Source: the human T2T-CHM13v2.0 reference genome, Homo sapiens. From it: DNA of 64,000 nucleotides. Position 1 is the first letter of the stretch; each line of letters starts with the position of its first letter. The position numbers were made by a program, and so were the translations under genes. Shown piece by piece: positions 44,400 to 56,059 of this stretch. The notes under the pieces were generated by a model. That model saw only the letters and a list, made by a program, of their open reading frames with translations. It had not been told where the DNA came from and did not search any database. Where the stretch lies: assembly GCF_009914755.1 (NCBI RefSeq), contig NC_060927.1. The stretch is one strand, 5' to 3'.

Positions 44400-44752
44400 T
44401 GATATGGTTTGGTTGTGTCCCCACCAAAATATCAACTTGGACTCTATCTCCCAGAATTTCCACATGTTGTGGGAGGGACCCATGGAGAGGTAATTGAATC
44501 ATGGGGGCTGGTCTTTCCAGTGCTATTCTTGTGATAATGAATAAGTCTCATGAGATTTGATGAGTTTATTACGGGGTTCTGCTTTTGCTTCTTGCTCATT
44601 TTCTCTTGCTGCCACCATGTAAGAAGTGCCTTTTGCTTCCTGCCATGATTCTGAGGTCTTCCCATCCATGTGAAACTGTAAGTCCAATTAAACCTCTTTT
44701 TGTTCCCTGTTTGGGGTATGTCTTTATCAGCAGTGTGAAACAAACTAATACA
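44400..44752 (+). mobile_element. THE1 (THE1A/B-like) MaLR solo LTR
   Basis: TGATATGGTTTGG...AACTAATACA; perfect TSD GGTAT. Confidence 0.92.
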
Positions 44753-45833
44753 GGTATCAAATTTCTCATTCTTTCAAGGCTTCTAAATTTATGTCTTTTT
44801 GAGAAAAGCTTTCTCCATACTATAATTATAAAGTAAATTTCCAAGTTTTTGTCTAGTAATTTTATTTTACTGTTAACAACGAACTTATATTTCATCTAAA
44901 ATTTGCCTTGAGTAAAGAAGAAGGTATGCAATCAACTTGAATTTTTATCCAGATGGCAGGCTAGATTTCTCGATATCATATATTTGATATTTTATGTTTA
45001 TTATTTTATAATGTAGTACTTTTCTCTGTGTGTTTCTGTACCTGGATTTTCTATTCCATTCCATTTGTGTCTCTTAAAGCTCAAAATGGTTTTAATTATT
45101 ATAACCTTATATTATGTGTCAATATCTGGTTGAGTTATTCCCCATTTATTAATCGTTTTTTATTTATGCATATTTATTTTTTAATCAGCTTGTCTAATGT
45201 TTGAAAGTCTTATTTTTATTAAGATTTTCAAATATTAAGTCAGTTCTTCATTCCTAAGGTAAACATGTTTGGTTGTGACATATTATTCTTTTTATGCATT
45301 ACTGGATTTAGTTTGCTAATATTTTATGGATAATTTTTGTGCCTGTGTTCATGAGGGGTATTAGTCTGTTATTTTCATTTTTTAAAATGTTTTTGCTAGG
45401 TTTTCATATTTTGGCTATGCTGCCATCATAAAACAAGTTGGAAAATGTTCCCTCCTCTTTTATTTTTTAAAAGATTTTTTATATGAGTGGAGTTATCTTT
45501 TCATTGACTGTTTGATAGAGTTAATAAGGGAAATCTTGGCCTGATCATCTCTTGGTGGGAAATTCTCATAATAAAGTTAATTTCTTTTATAAATATTGTG
45601 TTTATCATAATTTTTTCTCCTCAGGAGGCCCTCCCATCACAGGTCCTGAGGCCTAAGAGGACTAATTTTTTTATTTCATATTAATTTTGATAAATTATAT
45701 TTTTAAAGGAATTTGTTGTTTATTTAAGTTGTTGCAGCTGAAGGCATAAAGTTGTTAATAATATTTCCTTATAATCCCTTTAATGTCCATAAGATATTTA
45801 GTGATATCTTCTTTCTTTCCTCATATTGGTGAT

Positions 45834-47579
45834 TTTATTTATTCTCTCATTGGTATAAAGAAATATTTAAGACCAGGTGATTTATAAAGAAAATAAGTTT
45901 AATTGGCTTATAGTTCTGCAGGTTATACAGGAAGCATAATGGATTCCACTTCTGTGGAGGCCTTAGGAAATTTCTAATCATGGCAGAAAACAAAGGGGGA
46001 GTGAGGCATCTTGCATAGTGGGAGCAGGAGCAAGAGAGAGAGGGGTAGGTGCTACATACTTCTAAGTGACCAGATCTCACTATTGTGAGGACAATACAAA
46101 GAGGATGATACCCATTCCTGCTAAATCTGCCCTCATAATCCAATCACCTCCCATTAGGCCCCACTTCTAACACTGGGGGTTTAGTCCTCCTAGGCCTCAG
46201 GACCTGTGATGGGAGGACCCCCCAAGGAGGTCTCTAAAATGCCTGTGAGTTGTTTTCCCTATTGTCCTGGCTATGAGCATTTGCTCCTTTTTATATATGC
46301 AAACTTCTGAAGCCTACCTGAATTCTTCCCCTGAAAATTGGCTTTTTTTTTTCCTACCATATGGCCAGTCTTCAAATTTTCCAACTTTTATGCTGTTTCT
46401 TCTTTAAACATGAGTCCAACTTTAAGTCATTTCTTTGCTCATATGTATGAGTATAGGTTCTTAGAAGCAGCCAGGTCACATCTTGAATGTGTTGATGCTT
46501 AGAAATTTCTTCCACTAGATAATCCTAAATCATCACTCTCAAGTTGAAACTTCCACAGATACCTAGGGCAGAGGCACAGTGCAGCCAAGTTCCTTGCTAA
46601 GGCATAACAAAAGTGACCTTTGCTCCAGTTCCAAATAAGTTTCTCATTTACATTTGAGACTTAATTAGCCTGGCTTTCACTGTCTATATCACTATCAGCA
46701 TTTTGGTGATAACCACTCAGCCAGTCTCTAGAAAGTTCCAAACGTTTCCTCATCCTCCTGTCTTCTTCTGAACCCTCTAAACTCATTCAACCTCTGCCTG
46801 TTACCCAATTTCAAAGTTGCTTCCATATTTTTAGGTATCTTTATAGTAATGCCCTATTCCTGGTACCAATTTTCTGTATTATTCTGTTCTCTCATTGCTA
46901 TAAAGAAATATCTGCGACTGGGTAATTTATTAAAAAAAGAGGTTTGCCGTGTGCAATGGCTCACACCTGTAATCCCAGCACTTTGGGAGGCCAAGGTGGA
47001 TGGATCACTTGAGGTCAGGAGTTCGAGACCACCCTAGCCAACATGGTGAAACCCCGTTTCTATTAAAAATACAAAAATTAGCCAGGCATGATGGTGCATG
47101 CCTGTAATCCCAGGCTGAGACAGGAGAATTGCTTGAACCTGGGAGGTGGAGATTTCAGTGAGCCAAGATCGAGCCACTGCACTCCAGCCTGGGTGACAGA
47201 GATGAGACTCCATCTCAAAAAAAGAAGAAAAAAAAGAGGTTTAATTGGTTCAGAGTTCTGCAGACTATACAGAAACTTCTGTTTCTAGAGAGGCCTCAGG
47301 AAGTTTCCAATCATGGCAGAAGGAAAAAGGGAACAAGGCATCTCACATGGTAGGAGCAGGAGCAAGAGAGAAAGTGGGGAGATGCTACACACTTTTAAAT
47401 GACCAGATCTTACAAGAACTCACTCACTATCATGAGGAGAGTACCAAGAGGATGGCATTAAACCATTCCTGAGAAATAGGCCCCCATGATCCAATCATCT
47501 TCCATCAGGCCCCACCTCCAACACTGGGGATTACAATTCAAGATGAGAATTGGTGGGGACACAGATCCAAACCATATCA
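45834..47579 (-). mobile_element. Internally deleted MST-type MaLR provirus (LTR 45834-46180, internal 46181-46874, LTR 46875-47579)
   Basis: Two related LTRs flanking MaLR internal sequence; perfect TSD GTGAT at 45829-45833 and 47580-47584. Confidence 0.88.
46946..47235 (+). mobile_element. AluS inserted in the MST LTR
   Basis: Alu dimer with small right-arm deletion; TSD AAAAAAAGAGGTTT. Confidence 0.93.
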
Positions 47580-47723
47580 GTGATCTGTGTCTTCCCTCTT
47601 TTTTCTCTTCTGTTGATGATCATACCAATTCTGTTGGTTTTTAACAAGATCATGCTTTTCACTTGGTTAACTTTTACTATTGTTTTGCTAATTACTAATT
47701 AGTTGATCTCTATCTCTGCTCTC

Positions 47724-48079
<356 letters not shown>

Positions 48080-48805
48080 TAACTTCTTGAAGTGCAGCCC
48101 AAGGTTATTGATTTTAAACTTTCCTAATATGAACATCTACAGTTATAAATTTCCTTTTAAGTACTACTTTTGCTGCTTCCCAGAGATTTTGATATGTTGT
48201 GTGTCTATTATCATTTAGAGATATTTTTAAATTTTTCTTGTGATTTTCCTCTTGACCCATGGATGCATTGTAAGTTGTATTGGCTAATTTCCAAATATTT
48301 CAGGTTTTTATAGATATCTTAATTATACTTAATTCTAATTTAGAGAGCATACTGTCTTTAATTTTATTCCTTACTGATACTTTCGGATTTGTTTTATGAA
48401 GCTCATTATGATATATCTTTGTGAATTTGTCATGTACACTTGAATTTTATTTGTAGTTTTTTACAAATATCAATTGGGATATTGTGTTTGATAATGCTAT
48501 TTAGATTATATATATTTTTACTGATTTTTTGTGTAGTTTTTTAATAGTTACTGAGTGGAGTGCAAAAATCTATCACTGTGGAATTTTCTAGTTTTCTTTT
48601 TAATTTTGTTAACTTTTGCCTCACATATTTTGAGTCTATTATTAGGTGCATGCACATTTATGATTGGTGTCTTTCTGGTGAATTGAGCCTTTTTTTCATT
48701 ATGAAGTATTCTTTATTTCTGGCAAAATTCTATGTTATAAAGTTTATTTTAAAATCTGACATTATTGTAACTACTGTGTCATCTTTATACTTACTGTTTG
48801 TATAG

Positions 48806-49167
48806 TGATATGATTTGGCCGTGTCCTCACCCAAATCTCATCTTGAACTGTAGCTCTCATAATCCCCATGTGTCGTGGGAGGGACCTGATGGGAGGTAAT
48901 AGAATCATGGGGGTAAATTTTTCCCATGTTTTTCTCTTGATAGTGAATAAATCTCAATATATCTGATGGTTTTATAAAGGGCAGTTCCTCTGCACATGCT
49001 CTTTTGCTTGCCACCATGTAAGACGTCCCTTTGCTCCTCCTTCACCTTCCGCTATGATTATAAGGCCTCCCCAGCCACTTAGAACCGTGAGTCCATTAAA
49101 CTTTTTTCTTTATAAATTACCTAGTCTTGGGTATTTCTTCATAGCAGTATAAAAAGGGAGTAATACA
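48806..49167 (+). mobile_element. THE1C/D-like MaLR solo LTR
   Basis: TGATATGATTTGGCCGTGTCC...GTAATACA; TSD TATAG/CATAG. Confidence 0.9.
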
Positions 49168-51692
49168 CATAGCATGTTTTTTTTATCCATTTACTTTCTA
49201 CTTATTTATGTCTTTGTATTTAAAGTGTGTTTGTTGTAGAAATCACACAGTTGGCTCATGCTTTTAATCCATGACCTGCAAGATAATGTTATAACTTGTG
49301 CTTTAATAAATCATAAGTATTTCAAAGAAATTTAGATAAAATAGTCTTTTATATTTACTTAGATATTAACATGTATGATATTCTTCATTTCTTCCATAAG
49401 ATTCATTTCCCTTTAATGTCATTTTTCCTATACATGAAAAATTACATTTTAGCATTTCTTGTAGTATAATCTAGTGGTGATACATTCTCCTAGTTTTTCT
49501 TTCTGAAAATACTTTTATTTAGTCTTAATTCTTGAGGAATATTTTCTCTAGTTATAGAATTTGGCTTGAGATTGTTACTTCTTTCTTCTTTCAGAACTTT
49601 CAAGACGTTGTTCCACCATTGCTTGGCTTCCATCTCTGATGAGAGGTCCACAATGATTTGAACTGCTATTCCTCTTTATGTTCTCTGGCTGCTTCACATT
49701 TTATCTTTATCTTTAGTTTTTAGAAATTTGACTTTGATGTGCTACATGTGCTTCTTTTTGTATTTACCTTGTTTGAGATTATCTAAGCTTCTCACATCTG
49801 TAAATTTATCTTTCAACAAGTTTCGGAGGTTTGGGGCTATTACTTTTTATTTCATTTTTTCTTTCTATTTGTTTTCCTGGTACTTAAATTACACATATGT
49901 TAGACTTTCTGATACTGTCCCACAAGTCTCTGAAGCTCTATTTTTTACCATTCTTTGCTGTGACTTATCTTCAAATTGGATAATTTTCATTTATCTATCT
50001 TTATGTTCACTGAAATTTTTCTTTGTCATTTAATTCTGCTATTAAATCTATCCAGTATTTTTCATTTCAAATATTATACCTTTTTCTTTTAAAATATCCA
50101 TGTAGTTCTTTAGTATAGGTTTTATTTTCTTAAGAAATTTTATATTTTTATTGTTTATAAGCATAGTTTCTTTTACCTAAGTTAGCATAATTACAATAAT
50201 TGCTTTAAAGTTCTTTCTGATAATTTCAACCTCTTGTTCATCTCAGGATTGCTTCTGTTGACTGTCCCTTTTCTTGAGAGTGGTTCATATTTTCTTGTTT
50301 TTTTGGTATGTAAAATACTATGGGATTTATTCCTCCTTGAAATTGTGGAGACTACTTACTCTCCAAAGTCTTCAGGTAGTTTTTTTGGTTGTTTGTTTTT
50401 TTGGCAAAGTGGGGAGTGGAAGAATGGGTTTTATTCACTTATCAATTGTGTCTGTGGAATTTCAAGTTATTATTTTCAGGAAAAGCAGTCTGCTGGGAAT
50501 CTATGCCTAGTTACTGAATTTTATCAAACGTTTTTGCTGCGTCTTTGAAGATGATCATATATTTACTTTTCTCCTTAGGTTTAATTAAAAATGGTCACAC
50601 ATTTCTTATTATTGAAACATTTTGGCAGGTTCAAGGTATGAATACTACCTGGAATTAGTATATACTTATTAATATACTATTGAATATTAATATGCTATTG
50701 AATATTAATTGCAAGTATTAATAGGTTTTTGCATTAATATTCATGTTTAATTGACATATAGATTTTTTTTTTAATTGGGCTATCCTTGTAAGTTTAGTTT
50801 CAATGTTAGATAATTTTCTTAAAAACTACTTTCTCTTTATTCTCTATTGACTTTATTAGATAAACAAATGGCTTTATTTGTTACTTAGAAGTTTGGTGTG
50901 TTTCACCTATGAAAATGCCTGAACCTGGTGCTTTTAAAGGAAGATAAACACTACAACTTTCTCAATTTTCTCTGTAGCACTGGCATGTTTAAATTTTTTT
51001 TCTTTCTTTTATGATAAGTTTCAGTCATTTATGTCTTATTAGAAGATCACTTAGTTTTGTTCAGGTTTGTAAATATTCACTCATTTGAGAAAGCCTAAAA
51101 GAGGTAATTAAAGTAATAATAAAAGTTTATTTTGCAGATAATTACTTTCTTCCTTGTGTGAGGATTCTGTTAGCTAATGATTGGTTGATAGATTTTAAAG
51201 TACCACTTCTTTTGGGTTTACTTGTTCACAATAGAATTCTTTTTTTTCTCATTCATTATTTTCTACATTTATCTGTATTATGTATTAATTCTATATTTGT
51301 ATATATATATCTTGCATTTTATAACTTCACTTGAAATTTTAATTCATTTATGGTTATTTTTGTTAGATATATTAAGCTTTCTGACTCTTAAATTTTCTTC
51401 AGTGTGGCTTTTTCAGATACATAATAGATTTTATTATTATATTTCATATATCCTAATATTATTGTTTGTACATTTCCTCTTTGACCTGAGAATAGATTGA
51501 AGTAACTTTATTTAAAGTTGAATTTTTATGCTTTTAAATTTTGTTATTAATTTATAGTTTTATTACATTGTGTTCAGTGAATGTCTTCTCTTACTATTTC
51601 TACTCTCTGGAAATTACTAAATATGTTTACCTTTAAATTGCCAATTTTTTTTTATCAATTTCTTAAATACTTAAATGTGCTCTCTCTGCTTT

Positions 51693-51865
51693 CTACTTTC
51701 TCTCTCCTTGGAATTAGCATATCACTATTATACTACTTTCTTTCTTTTTGGAATTAGTATATCATACATATAGAGTTCTACATATAGAGTAAATAAATGG
51801 TAGTGAGATTAGTATATCATATATATAGAGTTCTACATATAGAGTTTCATAAGTGGTACGGAGAT
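51693..51865. repeat. Nested short tandem duplications (~40-bp and ~55-bp units)
   Basis: ATTAGTATATCATA(C/T)ATATAGAGTTCTACATATAGAGT at 51753 and 51808; CTACTTTC..TTGGAATTAG(C/T)ATATCA at 51693 and 51733. Confidence 0.85.
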
Positions 51866-54167
51866 CTACTATCATGTTATTTAGGTATACTCTATCTTGG
51901 TCTGTTTAGTAATAAATGTTTTATATATATATATAGCTACATTTAGTTATATACATGTAATGTTTATATATATGTCTACTTGATTTGTCATAGATTGAGA
52001 TAGGATAAATTTTTTTATTACTGTGGTGGATTTCTTTTACTCTAGTGACTTTACATGAATGGTGATATTGTATTTTTTGTTGTAGAAATATTCATAGATG
52101 TTGAATCTTTAGATGTAATATTTTTCATTATAGAGTTTAATTACTTTAATACCTTTCCTGATGACTATTGCAACCCTTACATTCTTTTTCTTTGAACTTT
52201 CTTGGTATATCTTTGTCTATTTTACTTTAAGCATTTTGAGTCTCTGTGTTTTTGATGTGCACTTGCATACATCCTATAATTGAATTTTACTTTGTGATCC
52301 AATCTTGGGGTCTTTTTCTTTTAATGGGTAAGATTAACCTATTTACATATATTAGTATGACAGTTATGGCCTTAATTATAATATTTTGATTTTTGTATCA
52401 TATTTTTAAAATATATTACCATGTTGTCTAATTTCCTTTGCTTTTCATTGAGTGCATTTTCTTCTAACAGAGTAATCATAGGTTTCTCTTTCTACTAGTG
52501 ATTGTAAGTGTAACTTAATAGTCTTAGTCTTATCTTTTTTGAGTATTATCCATTGACTCCCTGATATAAACAGGGAGTCTCCCTGATGTAAACTTCCCAT
52601 TTACAAGAACATCCCAGTTCCTTCACCTTATTTTTCTACTTCTACATCATTCTTTCAAGTTGCTTATAATGGTCATTATTAGTTACTTTAATGGTTATTT
52701 ATTTAGAAAATATGCTTCCAGTTTATGTGCCATCTTAGTGTTCATTAAATCTCCTTCTAAAAGATGAAAAATTTGCATATTTGTATCATTCCCATAAAAT
52801 CCCACCCTTATTCTCCCTTCTTTCATTAGTTTTACCAAAGAAACTCTAATTTTTCATGGAATATTATATTTCCCATGAGACATCCAATTGTTACCACTGG
52901 GGACTGATGTAATTCCAGCCTTCCTAATTAACCTGTGCAGCTTATTCAGATTTGCAACCTGTGGTTAGAGTGGGGAAGCCTGTGCCAGCAGCTGGCATCT
53001 GTTAAGTGTAAAGGGCTTTCTCTGGCCACCCTGGGCTAGGAACATACCATGATTAAGTGATAGTTGTTTATGTACTGCTCAGGGATTTTTAGCAAACATC
53101 CATATTAAAGTACTGCCAGAGGAATCCCGGGTTCTAGTCCCACTTTTACAACTGTTACTTTATTTGTTCATCTATTAAAAGGTGACATTAATCGTCATTC
53201 TGCTTCATTAACAGTCTTATTGTTAGGTTCTAATGACATAACTTGAAAGCACTTTGTAATGTGCCTCATAGATTTCAGGTGTTAACAAGTTCTGATTTCC
53301 GCCCCCCCCCCCCCCACCCAGATTAAAGCTTTTGTTAACATGGAACTAAGTAGACTAATTTGATTGTTATCTTTACTTCTAACTTATTTGGCCCTTCTCA
53401 GGCATTAAGTCACCATTATAAGGTCAAAGGTAAGGCAGCAGCAGGCAGAGAAAAGAGTAGGAGGCAAGGAAAAATCAGCTGCTAAATAATGGCAAGCTGA
53501 CTCCAAAGGAGAGCCTGGACAGAGTCTGAGCAAATTCCCTTGTTTAAAAAAAAAAAAAAAAAAAGCAATGATTTAATCTTAGTACCCACTCGCTGTAGGT
53601 GGTAATGTTGATGCTGTTTTCAAGTGTCTTTACCTCCCTTGTGCTGTTTGACCTTCAACACCCAGGAAAAGGCAGAGCTGATTGAATACATCTTACAGGT
53701 GAGAAATGCGAGACTTACAGGTGTTCAGGGATTCATGCATCATGAGCTATTGATCGCGGGCCTTAAAATCTGTTCTTCTGACTCTCTGTCCAGTGTTTTT
53801 TTCTTTGGATATATAATCTTTTATCCTCCTCCCTCTCCTTTACTTGCCTCTCTTCCCCTCTTCTCTTCCCTCCCTCTTTCTCTCTCTCTCTCTTTCCTTA
53901 CCTACAGTTGTTTTGTTTTTTTGTCCTTTCTCTTCTTCCTTCCTCTCCATGTGCTCCTCTCTGTTACTGTAACTTCTGCTTAAGAGGCCGAGAAGAGCAC
54001 TATCAGAACTTAGCAGACAAGTGCCAGCATATCCATATACTGGTACTTAATAAAACAGACTTTTGTTTTATGCAGTTTGCCTTTGGCTTAATATGAAGGA
54101 AAGGGGTGACGGCAAGAGACAAGTAAAGGCTGTGGATGATTTGTGTGAAATGAAGACAGATTCTCTT

Positions 54168-55135
54168 TGAAGGGGTGGGTTGCCCCTCCACACCTGTGGG
54201 TGTTTCTCGTTAGGTGGAACGAGAGACTTGGAAAAGAAAAAGACACAGAGACAAAGTATAGAGAAAGAAATAAGGGGGCCCAGGGGACCAGCGTTCAGCA
54301 TACGGAGGATCCCGCCAGCCTCTGAGTTCCCTTAGTATTTATTGATCATTTTTGGGTGTTTCTTAGAGAGGGGGATGTGGCAGGATCACAGGATAATAGT
54401 GGAGAGAAGGTCAGCAGATAAACACGTGAACCAAGGTCTCTGCATCATAGACAAGGTAAAGAATTAAGTGCTGTGCTTTAGATATGCATACACATAAACA
54501 TCTCAATGCCTTACAGAGCAGTATTGTTGCCCGCATGTCCCACCTCCAGCCCTAAGGCGGTTTTTCCCTATCTCAGTAGATGGAACATACAATCGGGTTT
54601 TATACCGAGACATTCCATTGCCCAGGGACGGGCAGGAGACAGATGCCTTCCACTTGTCTCAACTGCAAAGAGGCATGCCTTCCTCTTATACTAATCCTCC
54701 TCAGCACAGACCCTTTATGGGTGTCCGGCTGGGGGACGGTCAGGTCTTTCCCTTCCCATGAGGCCATATTTCAGACTATCACATGGGGAGAAACCTTGGA
54801 CAATACCTGGCTTTCCTAGGCAGAGGTCCCTGCGGCCTTCTGCAGTGTTTGTGTCCCTGGGTACTTGAGATTAGGGAGTGGTGATGACTCTTAAGGAGCA
54901 TGCTGCCTTCAAGCATCTGTTTAACAAAGCACATCTTGCACCGCCCTTAATCCATTTAACCCTGAGTGGACACAGCACATGTTTCAGAGAGCACGGGGTT
55001 GGGGGTAAGGTTATAGATTAACAGCATCTCAAGGCAGAAGAATTTGTCTTAGTACAGAGCAAAATGGAGTCTCCTATGTCTACTTCTTTCTACACAGACA
55101 CAGTAGCAATCTGATCTCTCTTTCTTTTCCCCACA
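54168..55135 (-). mobile_element. HERV-K(HML-2) LTR5 solo LTR, 968 bp
   Basis: Minus strand reads TGTGGGGAAAAGAAAGAGAGATCAGATTG...GGGGCAACCCACCCCTTCA; TATA (plus 54598-54604) and AATAAA (plus 54338-54343) intact; TSD CTCTT. Confidence 0.96.
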
Positions 55136-56059
55136 CTCTTTGGATCAGAGCATTCACCAGAGACAGAACTAGGAAATAGTAAAAGGCCTGCTTCATTCTC
55201 CAGGGTAACTAGTAGCTAGTACATATCTTTTGTTATTGTCGCTTTTCTGAAATGGGAGCCCTAAATCTTACCTCTATCATAATTGGATTTATTCCAAGAT
55301 TTTAATTAAAAACCAATTTCCATAATCCTATTGTGTTTATAACCTCCCAGAAAAGTAGAGGAAGGAGGGGAAGACTATGGTTCCCTGACAATTAACTACA
55401 GGTTTAAAGCTATGACTAATCTTAACCGCACCATTTTCCTGCTATTTGAATTTGGACAATTTACTTTAATTTAGGGGGGTTCTCAATTTTCAATCTATAA
55501 AATGTCAATAATATAAAACCTTGGGAGACCTAACTCATAGGGTCATTGTAGATTTAAATGATGGATTTGACAGTGCTTTCTAATTTTTAAAGTGCTAAAA
55601 TAAAGTTTTCATTTAAAGAGTTTTAAAAATCTATATTTACTTGTCGACTCTCCCATTTTTTTATTTTCAAAACTTATTTATTCTCAAAGCAAAATGTGTG
55701 GATATTTCATGTTTTAATTAAAAACCGGAGACTATTTTTAATTTCATTTACATATTGGAAAACAATACAGGGTGATTTGACAGGTACATCTCAGTAAATC
55801 CCAGTTTTTGATATTATTTATCATCTCAACCTATATTTTCTTTTCCTTTTTTTAAATTATACTTTAAGTTCTGGGATACATGTGCAGAATGTGCAGGTTT
55901 GTTACATAGGTATACATGTACCGTGGTGGTTTGCTGCATCCATCAACCCATCATCTACATTAGGTATTTCTCTTAATGCTATCCCTCCTCAGGCCCCTCA
56001 CCCCCCAACTGGCCCTAGTGTGTGATGTTCCCCTCCCTGTTCCCATATGTTCTCATTAT

